From Balanoglossus misakiensis (lineage: Eukaryota > Animalia > Hemichordata): a DNA stretch of 64,000 bases. Below are positions 49,279 through 64,000 of this stretch, piece by piece. The position numbers were made by a program, and so were the translations under genes. The stretch covers positions 9,995,656 through 10,059,655 of the forward strand of contig CM082583.2 in assembly GCA_040954595.2 (NCBI GenBank). Direction: 5' to 3'. The notes under the pieces are model-generated. The model worked only from the letters and a program-made list of their open reading frames with translations. It was not told where the DNA came from and made no database searches. Numbering within the stretch: the first letter of the stretch is position 1; every line of letters begins with the position of its first letter.

Positions 49279-49468
49279 GGGACTGGTCAGTTTTTTCAGC
49301 CGGGGATGGGGGTGGATTGTATTTTGTGGATATCCAAAAGTGACTGACCTCCGTCAAACATGGAAAAGTGGGTGACACCTCAGTGACCCCATCACCCATT
49401 TCTAAAATAGGGTGACCTCCCACATGAATCTCTCCCCCCCCCCCCCGCCAAAGAAACTGACCAGTCCC
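49279..49468. mobile_element. PIF/Harbinger-like MITE, copy 2 (same family)
   Basis: TIRs GGGACTGGTCAGTTT / AAACTGACCAGTCCC with a perfect TAA...TAA TSD. Shares internal GGGTGACC and GACTGACC motifs with copy 1. Confidence 0.8.
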
Positions 49469-49564
49469 TAAAGAGGGAACTAGGGGTGAAAGGTTAAGTT
49501 ATATTAAACCCAAGTACTGCTATTGTTTTTCATGCAGTTATGATCAAAGTGTATACAAGATCAT

Positions 49565-50090
49565 TACTGGTAATACCGGAAATTTTCGTGAACGGTAAAT
49601 TTTCGCGAACTCCGCGAGAGCCGAAAAAAACGCGAAAATAAAAGTTGCGTAAAAATGTTTTTTGGAGTTACATACGAGAATGCGTAAATTAATCGTCACG
49701 TAACTTTCGCGAAAATTTATGCTTGCGAAAATTTCCCGTTTTACAATTTTGGAGTTCCATACAAGAATGCGTAAATTAATCGTCGCGTAACAGTTGCCGC
49801 TCGTGATATCGCGAAAATTTACGCTTGTGAAAATTTCCCGTTTTACAATATATTTCATATTATAAGCAAGAAATGTTGTCGTAATATACATACTGTAAAC
49901 CGGGAAATTTTTGCGACAGGAAATTTACACGATAGAGCGGCAACCATTACGTGACGATCAATTTTCGCATTTCAAATTTCACTAACTCCATTGTTATCTC
50001 TGAAATTTTTTTTTACGAAGTTCTCGGAAATTTCTTGATCTCAAAGTTTTTTCCGTTTTACAGTAAATTCCTGTCGTTTTACAGTAAATT
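49565..50090. mobile_element. Cluster of two degenerate TA-flanked MITEs (TACTGTAAA..CGGGAAATTTT-type ends) with internal duplications
   Basis: Element ~49565-49850 carries a ~90-bp internal tandem duplication ending GAAAATTTCCCGTTTTACAAT. Element 49891-50065 has ends TACTGTAAACCGG...CCGTTTTACAGTA, followed by a short duplicated terminus. Confidence 0.65.
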
Positions 50091-53000
50091 CCTGCTTTAA
50101 TACTGAAAAATTAAATATCTACTAGTGATGTGAAACATTTATGCTATTAAAAATCATTGCAGAAATGGCCACTGTACTGAAAACAGAAATGCCAAATGCA
50201 TACTCTACATAATAATACTATATCAGACTACCAAGAAATTGAAAATTAACGGTTTTATGTATCCTGTATACCCTCATTCATAAGAATTCATTTTTGAGAA
50301 GTCAGTAAAACTGTCCACGAACAGTTTTTATTGGTATTAGTGACGCAAGTTTCTAAATGGATGTATTCATACCAGCTGAAAAGCTCTTGCACGATTTACC
50401 ATTTATTAATATAGCAATGATATTGTTTAGTGTTCCGTAATAACAGTTTTGATAAAGTGAGTTGCACACGTTTGTACATTTGCTGCAGTGACTGGTACCT
50501 GTAAACTCATCTCCAATATTTGCGTAATGTATTTAGACCATTTTTATTATGCGGCACCTGTTGTACCACATAGATGTGTTGGTCTCATCTATTTTCCTCT
50601 GGGAATTTTCAGTTGTGTGTACGCATGTACACACCAGGTTCCTTGGTGGTTCATTTCAGTTGTTTAATTTCCTGGAAGTCTGTACGATTGACATCAGAGC
50701 TGATTCTGCGAAATCGTACCAGGATTAAACTGATTCTCCCAAAGCCTTCATCGTGGATGAAATATCTGATGTAGAAAGACACTGTTGTTGTTTTTTTGCT
50801 GTCTTTGTACTTGGAGAAAACATCAATTTCAATTTTCTGTAGATCAAGATTGCCCTGGTTAAGCACAGGTTCAATGCCACTTTTCGCTCAATTTATTTTT
50901 TTGTGGCAATTTGTATGGTATACGACAGTAATCTTTAAAATCTAAATAATTCAACCTTTATTATAGATGATTAACCACTGATTCATTTGTAGAGATGATA
51001 TTTCTTGGAATCTAGGGGTATGCGTAATGATATGACTTGGCTATGCTAATACTCATGATACTGACAGGTGTGTAGAGGAAATGAAAGTATAGATTTTAGA
51101 GATGAAAACAGCCGAACAACAGCCTGACTGGCCATGAACTTGTCTCACTTAACAAAACATCCCAGAAGAATAAGCAACACACCCTTTTATTGTCAGCAGA
51201 GTGAGTGATGTGTGTTGTGTCTTCATAGCCACCACCTTCCTCTGTTGTTATTATTTTATTTCTGGCATGTATTCGAAAACTTTGATGGTAAAGTTGATGA
51301 CTTGCCAGATGAATTTGTTTTCATGTACATGTATGTTCTCAGGATGATCATTCATTCATTCACACTTGCTGTTTACTAGTGCAAGCTCAGTCAGTTTATA
51401 CATTACCCATGATGCAGTGGGTAATGTGTCTTGGGACAGGACTTGGATCAGACTCCTGCATCATGCCGTTTGCAATTTATATTATACATCTTAGTATTAA
51501 ATATTCAGAGCAATTAGACATACTTGTACTTAAAAATGAAAATTCTTTTCATCATGTTAATAGCAATATACGGTTATTATCAGCAGACCGAAAATGCAGA
51601 CACAGACATTTAAAGACATACACGACAAAAGTGTACCCAGAAAGTTTAATCATGTGTAATGTTTTTTGTCTGGATTTCTGGTGAAGCTTAAAATGATAAA
51701 CTTGTTTTTTATTCTAATAAGTGTGTGCTGAGGTCTTATCTGATGCACCAGATGAGCAGTGATGTGGCAGATATTTTCCTTGTTTGTTAAAAACTTAGCA
51801 TGATCATCATTTCCGTGTACATTTGGTGTTCCAAAAATCGGTGTTTGGTAGCATGGTATTTGCTGATTGCTGTGTGAATAATGGTGGCTGTTGTAGTAGT
51901 GACTCAGAATATTTTTTTTCAAAACAAGGATGTAATTACCAACTCGGATATTAAGCTGGGTCGAGATGGGAAGGGAAATATGCATGGATGATCATTGTGC
52001 GACTGAGTTGAAAAAGATGCACACGTACTCTATTTGTATAACCGTTTGTATTTGTGCGGTTGACAAGATACACGGCACCAAATCACACTGTTATTACTGC
52101 ATTCCTCAGTCACCAGCCACTGAGAACGGTTGCCAGGGGTTTTCTCAAGCCCCGGATTTCATCCCTCGGATAAGTGCACTGGTACCCTGGCCGGTTAATG
52201 AAGTAGTTCCTGCACATATTGATAATGTTGTCAGCCAGTGAAAGAGAGACAAGAGAGAGAGAGAGCCGAGATCATCTCGCTGGCATGCTGCTGTCAGTGT
52301 GATATGTTAAAATTAGCCAGGAGCCAGGTATTATTAAATTCCAGAAGATAACAATGTTGACCAACCACTCGGATAAGATCAGATATAGATAGAATGACTC
52401 TTGATCTACTAGTAAGAACATAATGGTAATGTTACCTTGCTTGTAAGCCTCATGATGTTGTGATACTGTGCATCTGCAGTTAAAGTCGCGTTGTCATGAT
52501 TATGTATTAAAGATGCATTGTCATAGAAGTTGAAATTAGCAGAATTGCCTTTTGAGGATTTACTGAAGTCATATACACATGCTGACATGTCAGATGAAAA
52601 CAACAATTCCCGCTGCTATTTCTGGCTTCAGTAAATGAACCCACACTGTGAAACTTTGAATTTGTCCCATTCATTTAGAAACATCAAATACTTATATGTA
52701 TGGCTGCAGAAGTCATGTGATAGCTGTAGAAAACATTTACTCACATGCTTTTGTTTCGTACAAACGTTAGTAGCGTTTAGCTTTTCTGCTTTGTAGCAAA
52801 GCAGTTCAACACGGGCTTGGTCCACTGCACAGCCAAATTCCTCCCTGGTTCTTTTGTTATGCATGTATTTATGTGTTTGCTATAGTCTATTGTTGCCAGT
52901 TTATGGTATGTCGTCTTTAAGTGTGTCATCGCCAAAAACACATCCATCCATCCATCCATAACAATTTAGTCACGAAACAAGTTTTCTGTCGACAACACAT

Positions 53001-56000
53001 CCTCCACTTGTTACATTCAGATTATTAAAATGAATGAGTCATGTGTTGAAACCTATTTGTTGTCATACGTTTACGTTCTGTCTAGGTACATATGTACAGT
53101 GAGCGTCATTGTTTTGGACATACAGGCCAATGGATGCCCCTATGCATTGTGTCGGTGATCACTTGAACTTCCTCAGTTCCTGGCTAATTCAAATGAAATA
53201 TGTTCGGGTTGAGTGGGACTCAGGAATGCTTTAGTGTAGTAAAGTGAAAGTGGGTAAATTTTGAATATCGTAAACTGTAACCTGAGGTTTATTGAAAGGC
53301 TGTCCTCAATTTTTTTGGCTCTTACCTGATATTTATTATTCAGAGAGCAACCAGCAAATTGCAGAGCTGGGTAGTAATTACCGTAAGATTTGTTTATATC
53401 TACATGTAACTTGTTCTGTACTGGTAGATCTGATAGCAGTACAGAGCTCATTAGGCCAGTTGTGGCGTATACACTGTTGGAACTAAATAAGTGACTCTGT
53501 AATGATCCAGTTACGACTCAATACATCCGACAGTCTGCTTTGCTCTCTGGATAAATTTGTGAGCTTTTTGCTGTGCCTTGCATGGACACACAACAGTGGA
53601 ATTGTTTATTGTAATTAAGTTGTGAGGGGGATTGCATAAGACTACATTGTATTGAATTTGTGTGTCACTGTGTGTGTGAGGTTTAAAACCAGTGAAGTGA
53701 AACTGTAGTGTGTAGAGGTTGAGTCTAGACCCATGGCTGTGACAGTGCTCCAGAGTCCAGACTGAAGGTTGTCTCGCTTTGTTGAGAGTAGAGTCTTTTT
53801 TTACTGTCTCAATGAGCTGATAGCATCAAAATATTTTAAATTCTAGCTATTGACCCTGTGTAAGCATCACTTTTAGGATGTTATACACTCGGTGTGGCCG
53901 TATGATTCGAACATGTAACACGGTCAAGCATTGTGAGTCAACTTTACTTACATAATTTATATTCTGGAAATCACACTCATTATTGATGGAATGATTAAAC
54001 ATTGCATAGTTGACTTCCATAATTGTTCCGTCATTAACAATCACTCTGGCTGAGATATTAATGGAGAGAGTGGCCGGCAACGTCTATCGTTCACCTGGAT
54101 TGATTGTTCCCCAATTACAGAAATTTAATTTCCATAATGAGACATACAGCAGCCTGCTAACAAGTGGTGTTTTTTTAATTTGCATTTATTGGAAGAGTTT
54201 GCAAATTTGACCCGGCGTAGACTCGGGTCAAGGGATGGTACTGAGAATAATGGATGATTCGTCAAGTCTCACGGGGATTCACGCCGGTGTAATTGATATT
54301 CCAGGGAAAGACAGTGCCTGCCGGAATTGGTTGGCCACTGTGTCCTGAATTGCCATAATAATCGAGTACTCTGTGATCTTTAGTCTGTGGTTTTTTTACT
54401 CTGCGGTCTGATAAATATTTTATGGCGACTTGTGATCGAAAATTCTGTGCTGCAGTCAGGAATTGTCTCTGCTGGTGAATTCCGGGGGTTATATGGCAGG
54501 GTTTTAGTTTATAGGGAAATGCTCGTCGGGAGAGTTTTGGAAAAGCCGTGGTTATCTCATCAACACAGGAAAATCATCACAGGTATTTGTACTTTGCTAC
54601 TGTTCGTGTCAGGGAACGCAGCCTGCGGTGGAACTGAAGCCAGAAATTAAACGGCGATCAATTTAATCGTGGAATTGGAGGATTTTGACCCGAAAGTACA
54701 TGCTGGGTATGCGTGTGCGCTCCGATTGATAAACGGAGCTGTTAAACGAAGCGTACATAAATGTGTGCATTTCAGCAGCTTTGAATTCTGAACAACGCGC
54801 CGTGTGATAGATTTCAGTGTGGTGAAATGTGATCACCTTTGGGTTGGGGCTCAGGAAATGAGATCTTTAAGTCGGGTTGAATTAAGACGTTGCGTGGCTA
54901 ACATTGACACTAATGGTTTTCAGAGACAATGGGAAGTGACATCAATTTCTTGCGGTGGAATTGTTGGTGATTGTGGAACAAACGGTCATTAGTTTTATAA
55001 GAAAAATGAGGATTGTGTGTGAACAGAGCGATAAAAAAAAGAATGATTGGATGGCGATTGAAAGTCTGTTAGATATCTCAGATATAATTGTATGATGGAT
55101 GAATCAGTAATTAATACATTATCAGTATGAGTAAGAATTATATCTTTATTGCCAATCACTCAATAAGATGATAGAGTTAAATTAAAAGAAAACATATTTT
55201 GAAAAATATGAGACAAAACCTATTTTATGAAAGATCACTTTCCTGAAAAGAGAAACAGCAACTGATCATTGCTGGAAACTATGATTCAGTCTGCAGGAGT
55301 TATTTGTTTACTATGTAGAAATAATTTTTCAGAAAACTGTTTGATTTTATCATTTTGCGGGTGTTATTTATTACCTTTGTAGAAATTATGTTATTTACCT
55401 GTATGCTTTGCCATGTCTGAATCAGAGAGTGCAAACAGAAAAGCAAGTGTGTCGCCTTTTAGTTCAACATTAAAAAGTTAGCAAGCCACTTGAATGTGCC
55501 TACGTGTATGCTATTTCATTTGATAGAGAGCCCTGTTGGAGTAGTTGAATGCGTATTGGATCTTCATCCATAATACTGCGATAGTTTTTTTACTTCCTAT
55601 AAAATGACAAGTATTGGCCCGCTGTGATTTGTATGTGCACATTAAATCTTTAGTGATTTAAGTCCATTTCCCAATATTGTCATGAATTTTGCCTTAAAGT
55701 AGCTTCTATCTGATCATAGTTTTCTGTCATTCAGAGATTTTATGAGTTGCCGAACAGTTGACAGAAAAAAACCCCAAGACTACGTTTGATTATGTTTTGC
55801 TGGTAAGGACGTCTAGAATGGGTGTTTTTCATGTCTCCCTGACCCTGATCTGGATCACAGCAGACGTATCAGATCTTTCGCCAAATCAGACGCTGTCACC
55901 GGATGGATCGAATCCTCACTGATGTTGTGGCAGTCACTTTATATGCAAACTTATTGATTTGTCATTACACACGTGTATTGTCAATTCATTCAAAGGCAGG

Positions 56001-59000
56001 TCAGGGTGTTCCTAATTCAATCAGGCCAACCTATACACTGTGTCAGGCCTAGATCTGTCTTGCAGCTGTTAGTTTTTGTGAACCCAAAATCATGGGATAT
56101 CCCCTGCATGTCTGTATTCCTGTCAGGTGAGGTTGGGGGGGGGGGGGGAGGGGGGGGGGTTGGGCGGTATAGACACTGGCACTCCACGGGGAATCACTCC
56201 ATCCATGGTGACACTAAAATTGTCCGGCATATACACAAGGGGGGGGGGGGGGGCAATATAGAAATATCCACTCATCATCATCATGGATCACCTATTCTGT
56301 GACAGATTATAAACATGACTATTTGTTCAGCCGTGTTCTCCACAGAGCAGTTAATTAAATAATGTTGGCCACTACCATTTAATAGAAACTCATTAACATA
56401 ATTGATTTCGTTGTTCTATGCAAATTAGCCAATAAAGGGATAAAAAATGTGGGGAGAACACTGCTGTATTGTCTTGTGGCTTTTTTGTTCTTGCTTTAAC
56501 ATTCCAAATTTCAATTTATTTAAATTCTGATCCAAGCGCAGTATGGTGTGAAACATGATGTGGTGTTGGTCAACATTTGTAGGAAAAACGATGAAAGTAA
56601 ACTCTTTCTTATCATTTCTGAAGTTTCCAATGCTCCATGAAATTTTGAAGAGCTAAAGTAACATCCAGAAAGTTGTTCCCGTTGAAGTGACAGAGAGAGT
56701 CTCTTTGTTGGTGTTTCTGACAAGTTTCTAGTGACAGCCCAAAGAATTAATGTAGTGGAACCGAAATTAATAATTTGAATAGGAGTTAGAGTTGATTAGC
56801 ATTTAGAAGGTTTGTGCAAATGAACAATGGTGGGTGAAATTAAGCTTGACAAGGAAATATATCAAACAATGACAGGCTTGTACATATAGCAACTCAGACA
56901 GTCCCCTGGGAATTGACGATATCAACTTACACGGAACTTGGCATTAGAAGCAGTTCTGCAAAATATGAACCGACATTTAATTAAAAAACCATTTTGATAA
57001 TTTGATTAGCTATTAAAGTACCTGCTACCTGTCACTTAGGAAATAATTTGCTGTAATTGTTCGGCTGATTTGTGATCATGTGAGGATTTTTTGTTTTTAC
57101 CTCAAACCAAAATTAAAATTATGAACATATCTTTTTAGCTTTTAATTTAAATTTAAATTTCTTTTTCAATTATCTGCCACATTAATATCAGCTCATACTA
57201 AAGATTTCCCAGTCTGTATATAAGCTTCATGCAGTACAAGCACTGATGTGGGGACAATCCAGTTTTCCGAACTTTCACCACAGTACCGGATTATACAATT
57301 TTAAATAGAATCCATAGTATACTGTCTGTCACTCACAGGATCTGAATACTTCCATCCTAAACAGCTGTTACTAATCAGCAAGCAGCGTTTACAAGGCAAT
57401 ATCTTTTGGTTTAGATAGGTTAAACCCTCACCTCACTGCCAACGAATTTTTTGTCACATAAACACAACAAATATTTTATTTACAGGAATGAATGATACTG
57501 TTGGCAATAAAACTGTTTGTAATAAATGCAAGTCAGCGTCTCAGATATTCAATAAGCGACAACACCTAAATACAACAATGTAACTACAAAATGTCATGTA
57601 TTCTGATTTTTGCAAATAGGCTGAAAGTCATGGCCAGATTATTGTAAACAGTAGGATTACACTCTGAGTTTGTGGCAATTGATTTCACTATCACCAGTAT
57701 TTGAAGCCCCAATAAAAATTGAAAGATATATCTGTTTGGGGATTTTGTGAATTAATAATGTTATACCTGTAATCCTTTCACCACTGTGGTTCGATGCAAT
57801 GTAATTGTTCTCGGAGGCAATTGTTTGACCTCTCAACAGAAGGGAAATTGGGTGAACAGGTTAACCTTTCTGCCACTCAGGTGAGCTGTGGCCAGCGGTG
57901 AGGTTAGACGTGTCACGCTGGGAAATCGGTTTAAGAAGTAGCAGGGTTTTATTTATGTTCGGTTGGATTTCTTGGTAATGACGCTCGGTGGTAAACCATA
58001 AATCATTGAACAGGGTAAGGGGAGCGTCTGTACCGGTAGACATTGTCTTGATTACTTTTGTCTGGTAGAAATACTGGTATCATTTTCGCTTATTGACATT
58101 CTGATTAAATGTGACTCACAGTGAACCACTTTGACTAGGCCCGCCTGAGTATGATGGTGGGATAATGACATAACTGCTGTCTTGAAGTCACGACAAAATG
58201 ATCTTACATCTGCGAGCTGGTTGAGAGCTGTGTGCATAGGCGACTATTAGAGTGGTTTTTTTTCAGTGAGCTAAATGACATGGCATGATCTCATATTGTG
58301 TATACTCAAAGCAAATTCAAGATATCTTCGTTGGACTTCAAGCAAGGGACAGAGTGTTTACGAAATGTACCAGGTACAGACTGATTGGTCTGTGTCACCA
58401 TAGTAACTGCCAAGTGTATACAGAGACAGTGCGATCAAGATGACCTTGAGTTTCAAATCAGTGAATTTAATTAGAGTGTGTAGTGTTGAGACAAGGACTT
58501 ACATGTCTGGCTGTTCTGAAGTGCTGTGTCTCAATATCTGACGCAAGGAATGTTACTGTTTGACAAGAAGCAATCAAGGGATTTCTGAGTCACACCTCCT
58601 TTCCCCTTGGTGGCCAACTGATACCATGCGCCTCAAAGGGTAATAAGAAGACTGTTTTGTTCTCCAGTTTGCGTGAGCAGTGCTGCTGATGATATTCGCA
58701 CGTCAATATCAGGACTGTCTTGTTCCCTTTGTGTTTTCCTCTCCCCATGCACACATGTGAAGACAGGGTCAGCTGATATCAGCCAGACAAGTCCGTCTCA
58801 CTCTTGAAGCCCTGTACATGTGCAGTGTATATGTACACCCATTGGTAGACTCACAGCTTGCTGAGGATGCTGGGTAGTACAGCTATGCACCATGGGAGTT
58901 AAAGCTGTGTGGGCAATGATGATGATGATGAGTGTCCGGGTTCGCACAGCTCTTGTACAAGGTCACGTGACCCACCCATCGAGAGCAGCCTGTTATGTGC

Positions 59001-62000
59001 CACGTCTTTTTCAAGCAGGCAAACTTGTCCTCACAATATCAGAAAAACTTTGCAGGCCATTTGTGTGACCCTGCATATTGTAACTGCCTATTAAGAGATG
59101 ATGGGGCTCTTCTCACTGCAGATTGCATTCAGTAAACTCAATGTTTTCAATTTGTGTTCGAGAGAAACTGGCCAACCTGCTTGTGGGTGTTTGCGCTCAT
59201 TTAAACACGTATTCTCGTCTAATGAGGAAGATTTTAATAGATTTGGACCTGAGAGTAAAGTCCAGAGAAGGGTTTTATGTTCCAGGAGCCTAAAAATAGT
59301 AGTTGTTACAACGTACCTATTGAGAAAGGTACATGAGGATACTCATTCAGAATAAGTCTTTCTGAGTATTCCAAATTCAACATGTACAGTGACAATGGCG
59401 ATGCGCAAACAGTGTAATTTTCTTTTTATAGATAATAAGCTCTTAACATTCGTCAGGCTTTCTGTTGACGCATGCATCCGTGGAAAAAAAAAAGGTTGTG
59501 TAAAAGCAGCGTAATGGAGAGAAAATTAATGCCAGGGAAGACATACTTGAAAAACTTGAAGTATGAAATGACATGAAATGACATTCACTGGAACTAGAAA
59601 AAAAATGTAAAGAGGATTCTGTACATTGTATGGGCAAAATGTCTATGTATTGTGATTGGTTCTTTGCGTCATGTTCTTGCTTTGGAAATGGAGCAACAAA
59701 ACAGACCTCTTGCAGGATTTTTGTGTGGGGTGGTGGTGCTCGAAATTCTAAGATGTGTTGCTGTTGAGAATGATAATGACAAGTTGGTGCCTCAGGGTGT
59801 CAAACACTGGTCATCCCAGTGTGATGGGCACAGAGAGACGTGGGAGTTGTGGTACGCAAACCCGGGAGTTAATGGTGGTTGGTAGCTGTCAATCACTCTG
59901 CCATGCTGTTTCCTTTGAAGTGAGAGCGTTTTTAATTTTCCAATCCTGAAAAAAAATAATTTCTACACTGTCCTCGAATAAATTCTCTCCTGACGTGCAT
60001 TGTCTGTGTTTTTTTGATGCCTGAGTTTTGTTTGACGTCATGTTATGAGTCCCTCTTTGACATGACAGATGGTTAGACATTATGTGTTTAACCAGATTTC
60101 TTTACTGTCTCATATCACCCTCAGTTCATGCAAAAAAGCGGTATCCATCATGCGTGTTCTCAGTAGGTGGGCGAGGATAGCAGGCACATAGATATGAAAT
60201 AATGGCAGCGAAAAGAGAATTATGGATGTTGGAACTGCTGGAGAAGTTTCACAATCAGTATATTGCTCGTTAGGGAACATTTACTGATGGTGGATGCATG
60301 CAGTACTTTTTCAACTAGTTAAATACTACATTGTACATGGTAGTCCCCAAGCTTTGACTGAATGATAGCCAAGTAGCAAAGGATATAATGGCATGGCGTA
60401 TGGAAAAGTATGGAAAGAGTTGAATGAAAGTGTGGTTTATTATACGTGATAGTTTCTGAGTTTTCCCCCAAATATCCACACATCCATATTGCCAACAAGT
60501 AGACAATTTCATGGTGAGCCATATGGGGCTTGGCACCACCATCAATTACCCCACCCCTCGTCATACAGATGATAAACTGTTTGACATCAGGCATTATATT
60601 GTATATTGTTATCGAGAATTATTGCTGTGGGTGACTATTAAATACCAGAAATTGCATATGGAAGTTTCCAGCATTGTCAGCACTCTGTTAGAACAAGTTT
60701 GGGTTTTGCTTTTCTGAATAATGTAGCTCTAGAGAGAGAGAGAGAGATTGCCAGCTCTGCATGCTCATGTATGGTAGAATGTACATGTATTTGCTCTGTA
60801 TTGTCATCTTCTGAGGAGGCACAGGTATATGTAGCCTTGTGTAAGCCCTCAAGCATGCTGAAGAGTTGTTGAGAAAAAGATTTGAGGTTTGCTTGGAATT
60901 GAGCTGATGAGATTAGATTTGGTTGTCTTGCCCTCATCACTGAGCCCAAGGTCGGATAACAAGATAGTGTGTGCATTTGTATTCCAAGGTCACCTGTTAT
61001 ACTGGTGACAGTCAATGTCTTGGTTGAATAAAAGGTCAAACAGGGACAGATGTAGTTTCAGTTCAGTTCAAACACAATTAGAAAAGTAAGTGATGCCCCA
61101 GAAAGTGAACAATGAAGCAGTCTGAGGCTCAGTTGGATCTGCCAATCAACAGGCTGGTTTGACTCCATTGATAGATATTTCACAGTGGGCTGACCCTTTA
61201 TGTTGCACATGATTGGTTTATTTCTTGAGCTGTCATGAACATATCATGTATGGTTTCTTCCGATTGGCCAATTCCATTGTCAGCGTCGCTCGTCAAACGG
61301 ATGCACTACAGGTGCATGATTGCTGTAACTTGCAATTTATTTGTACGAGTAGGAGATCAGTTCCGATTGAATTATAAATAGAGATACAGTTAGTGTTTCT
61401 TCGTGAACATTTTCTACCATCTTGAAAACGAAACATGGTGAATTATTGCTAGGGTTACAGCTTTTCACCAGTGTTCGACAAAAATAAATCAACCTGCAGA
61501 TTATTAAAAAGTTGAAACGAACATTTCTTTTGCATGATGAATTATAGAAAATGCATTGTGATAAAGCGAACTGTGGATGCAAAATGTATGTTCAGTGAAG
61601 TTTGCAACATGGCAGCTAGATGATGTTGATCTGATCCTAGCTACCTACACAAAAGCATCTCCCTCAAAAATGAATAAAACATCCCTTGTTTTGTGCAAAA
61701 AGCAACTGAAATGATAACCCATTATCTTTGATATTTCAGTTGGTTTCTGTTGCCCGGGCAACACTATCAACGAAACATTTAGACGACGCAGCCAGAAAGT
61801 GCAGGCAGTAATATCTGTGCAGGTCTTTTGTTGATGGTCCAGGTTTCTGATTACCCTACGGCGAGATTATTCTCTTCCCGCCTCGCCTTGTCTGCGCACT
61901 GAAAACCCCTTACCCTGCAACAATTACCGGTGTGCATTCATCAGACGAGAAGCCGAAGCTTGCAACTTCAATCGCGGGATGGTAATTGACTTTGATGAAT

Positions 62001-64000
62001 AAAAAAATTGGCACTGCCGTGTCTGCTTGAATTAAGAATGGTCATTTTTGCGAAGGGTTTCTCCTGAATCTTTTCAATTATGCATTACGTCGAGTCTCGC
62101 GTATTCTGTCACTGCCGAAATGAGGTCGTAGTTGACACAGGCGCAGTAGTGATGTTGAAGTATTCTGTTTCTATGGCGACGAGACCCCTAGCCAAAATTG
62201 GACATTTTTTTCTAAACTTTGCTGTTTTGCTGAAGGATTTTATTGTAGTGCTGTCTTTTGAGCGGAAAAAAAAACTAAATAAGGCAGTATCTTTTCTGTG
62301 TGAAAGGTTAAAGCAATGAGTGTAGATAAATCTGCGCATCTGGTCCATCTGGTGGGTGATATATGTTTGTACAACATTAGTATGAGCAAGCAAATAAAAT
62401 GAAGTAAATAAATAAACAATGTCTGTATAAAAGTTATCATATACAGTGATGAGAGTAATTAATTACCCTGACCTGAACCTTACAAAGGTGTGCTGGCAAT
62501 TAACAATGTCGAAGGATATCTCAAATCAACAGTACTTCCCGGTAATGTTTCTCCTAATGTAATTCGATTTGTGTGTAATTGAATGAATAGAGCTGGAGAC
62601 ACAATTTTCACTCCCGCCATTGAACAGTTTGTACCCGCCTGCACTTTTCATATTAACAAAACATATTTGCAGCTGTGGTACATGTAGTCGTATTAAGAGA
62701 GGTCTTATTTGTGTAATTGCTCCTGTGTAGTGTGTGGTTTTATCTGAATTGAAGGTTTGAATGGTGAACCGTCCCCCTGAGAGAAGACTTGCATTAAGAT
62801 TTGGACTCGAACACCGCAAACACAAATAGCAATTAGAATTCGGCACGCAGAGACACAGACTCGTAAGGCAAGAAGGATTGGAGGAAAATTTCTTGATATC
62901 ACATACTGTGGTATAAAGTACAGCATTAAAGAAAATTGCGAGTGGGCATTTATCACGGAGAGAAAAAAAAAGAACAAAGTTATATCAATAATGATGGTGC
63001 GCAAAGTGTGTTATTTTTCAATAGCCTCAATAAAATCACAGACAAGCACAGTAAAACGAACATTTTATAGATTTTTCTTCGCCCACACACTTGGCCATTA
63101 GTTCTCAAAGCAAAACAAGTTATTGTCACCAACAGGGGAGAACAGATGTGTGACATTTTTGCGTTGATGAATGTGGGAGTTGAAAAAAAACCCCATCAAT
63201 GATCAGTATTTATTACCATTTATAGGTTTGGAAGATAAGAAAAGAAAATGCAGAGTGTGGGATGAGAGGAGATTATTCTTGAATTCATTAAAATCAAATA
63301 TCAATTCATGTTCACCAGGTGGAGTTGAATCCTGAGTCAGCAGATAAAACAGGAGGTCTTTGAATTTATGCTTGACACTTTCATCCAGCCCGTCAATGAG
63401 GACATGCTTACATGTGAAAGTAGGGCACAGTCTGATTTGCATGAAGTTTGCCTCAGAGCTGTTTTACCTGTGACTGTTGTGAACCATCAGCCATCCATCA
63501 ACACAATAAAAACATGTCAGCCATTGTGATGCTTTCCTTTGTAACTGTCGTGTCAGTTGGCAAAATCAACGAAACTTTACCTAACCTTGATGTACAAATT
63601 GTGGAGGGTATCACTATTTACAGACACCAAAAAAATTAACCTTACTGAAGACAGCAGCTTAATATGCATTTTTCCTACCAGAGAAGTGTTTTAATGTAAC
63701 TCGACTACAAGAAAGCAGTAAATATGATCGGTAAACTCATGCCCCCAAGACTCTCAGACTTCTAACGAATATTGTCTTTTATTCTCCATTGTCTGTACTT
63801 TCTATTGATTTCTGTGTGTATGTTGGAGAACGCTGCCCTTCATGTGTGTGTTCCTTTCAAGGAAAATGCTCGATCAATATTTATCAAGAAACAATCGGGT
63901 ATTTATATGCTAGTGATACATCAGAGAATGGGAGACGAGAGGGTGATGTGCAAGGGTTTATTCTTTGGCAAAGGTCACAGGGTCTACTGCAGGTATTGAA

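Overview
Intron-rich animal genomic DNA, probably an invertebrate deuterostome (inferred from gene content; the species cannot be determined here). Seven protein-coding genes could be assembled by hand from GT-AG splice sites. In order: the 3' two-thirds of a Nav2-type voltage-gated channel (+; pore residues x-E-E-A, MFL inactivation motif), follistatin (+), a divergent iodothyronine-deiodinase-like selenoprotein (+; in-frame TGA and a SECIS in the 3'UTR), NDUFS4 (+), ARL15 (-), RNF115/126 (+), and the first three exons of unc-13 (+) followed by a >15 kb intron. Several non-autonomous DNA transposons are present, including a long-TIR element with a 9-bp TSD and PIF/Harbinger-like MITEs. Main highlights: (1) the selenoprotein lacks the usual transmembrane anchor and has an N-terminal domain that appears to align without gaps to protein C10/C12orf57; (2) it lies inside an FST-NDUFS4-ARL15 block with the same order and orientation as human 5q11.2; (3) a candidate 6-nt microexon sits in the Nav2 inactivation linker; (4) a candidate FS288/FS315-like alternative 3' splice choice exists in follistatin. 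All homology calls come from motif recognition and recalled sequences, not database searches.
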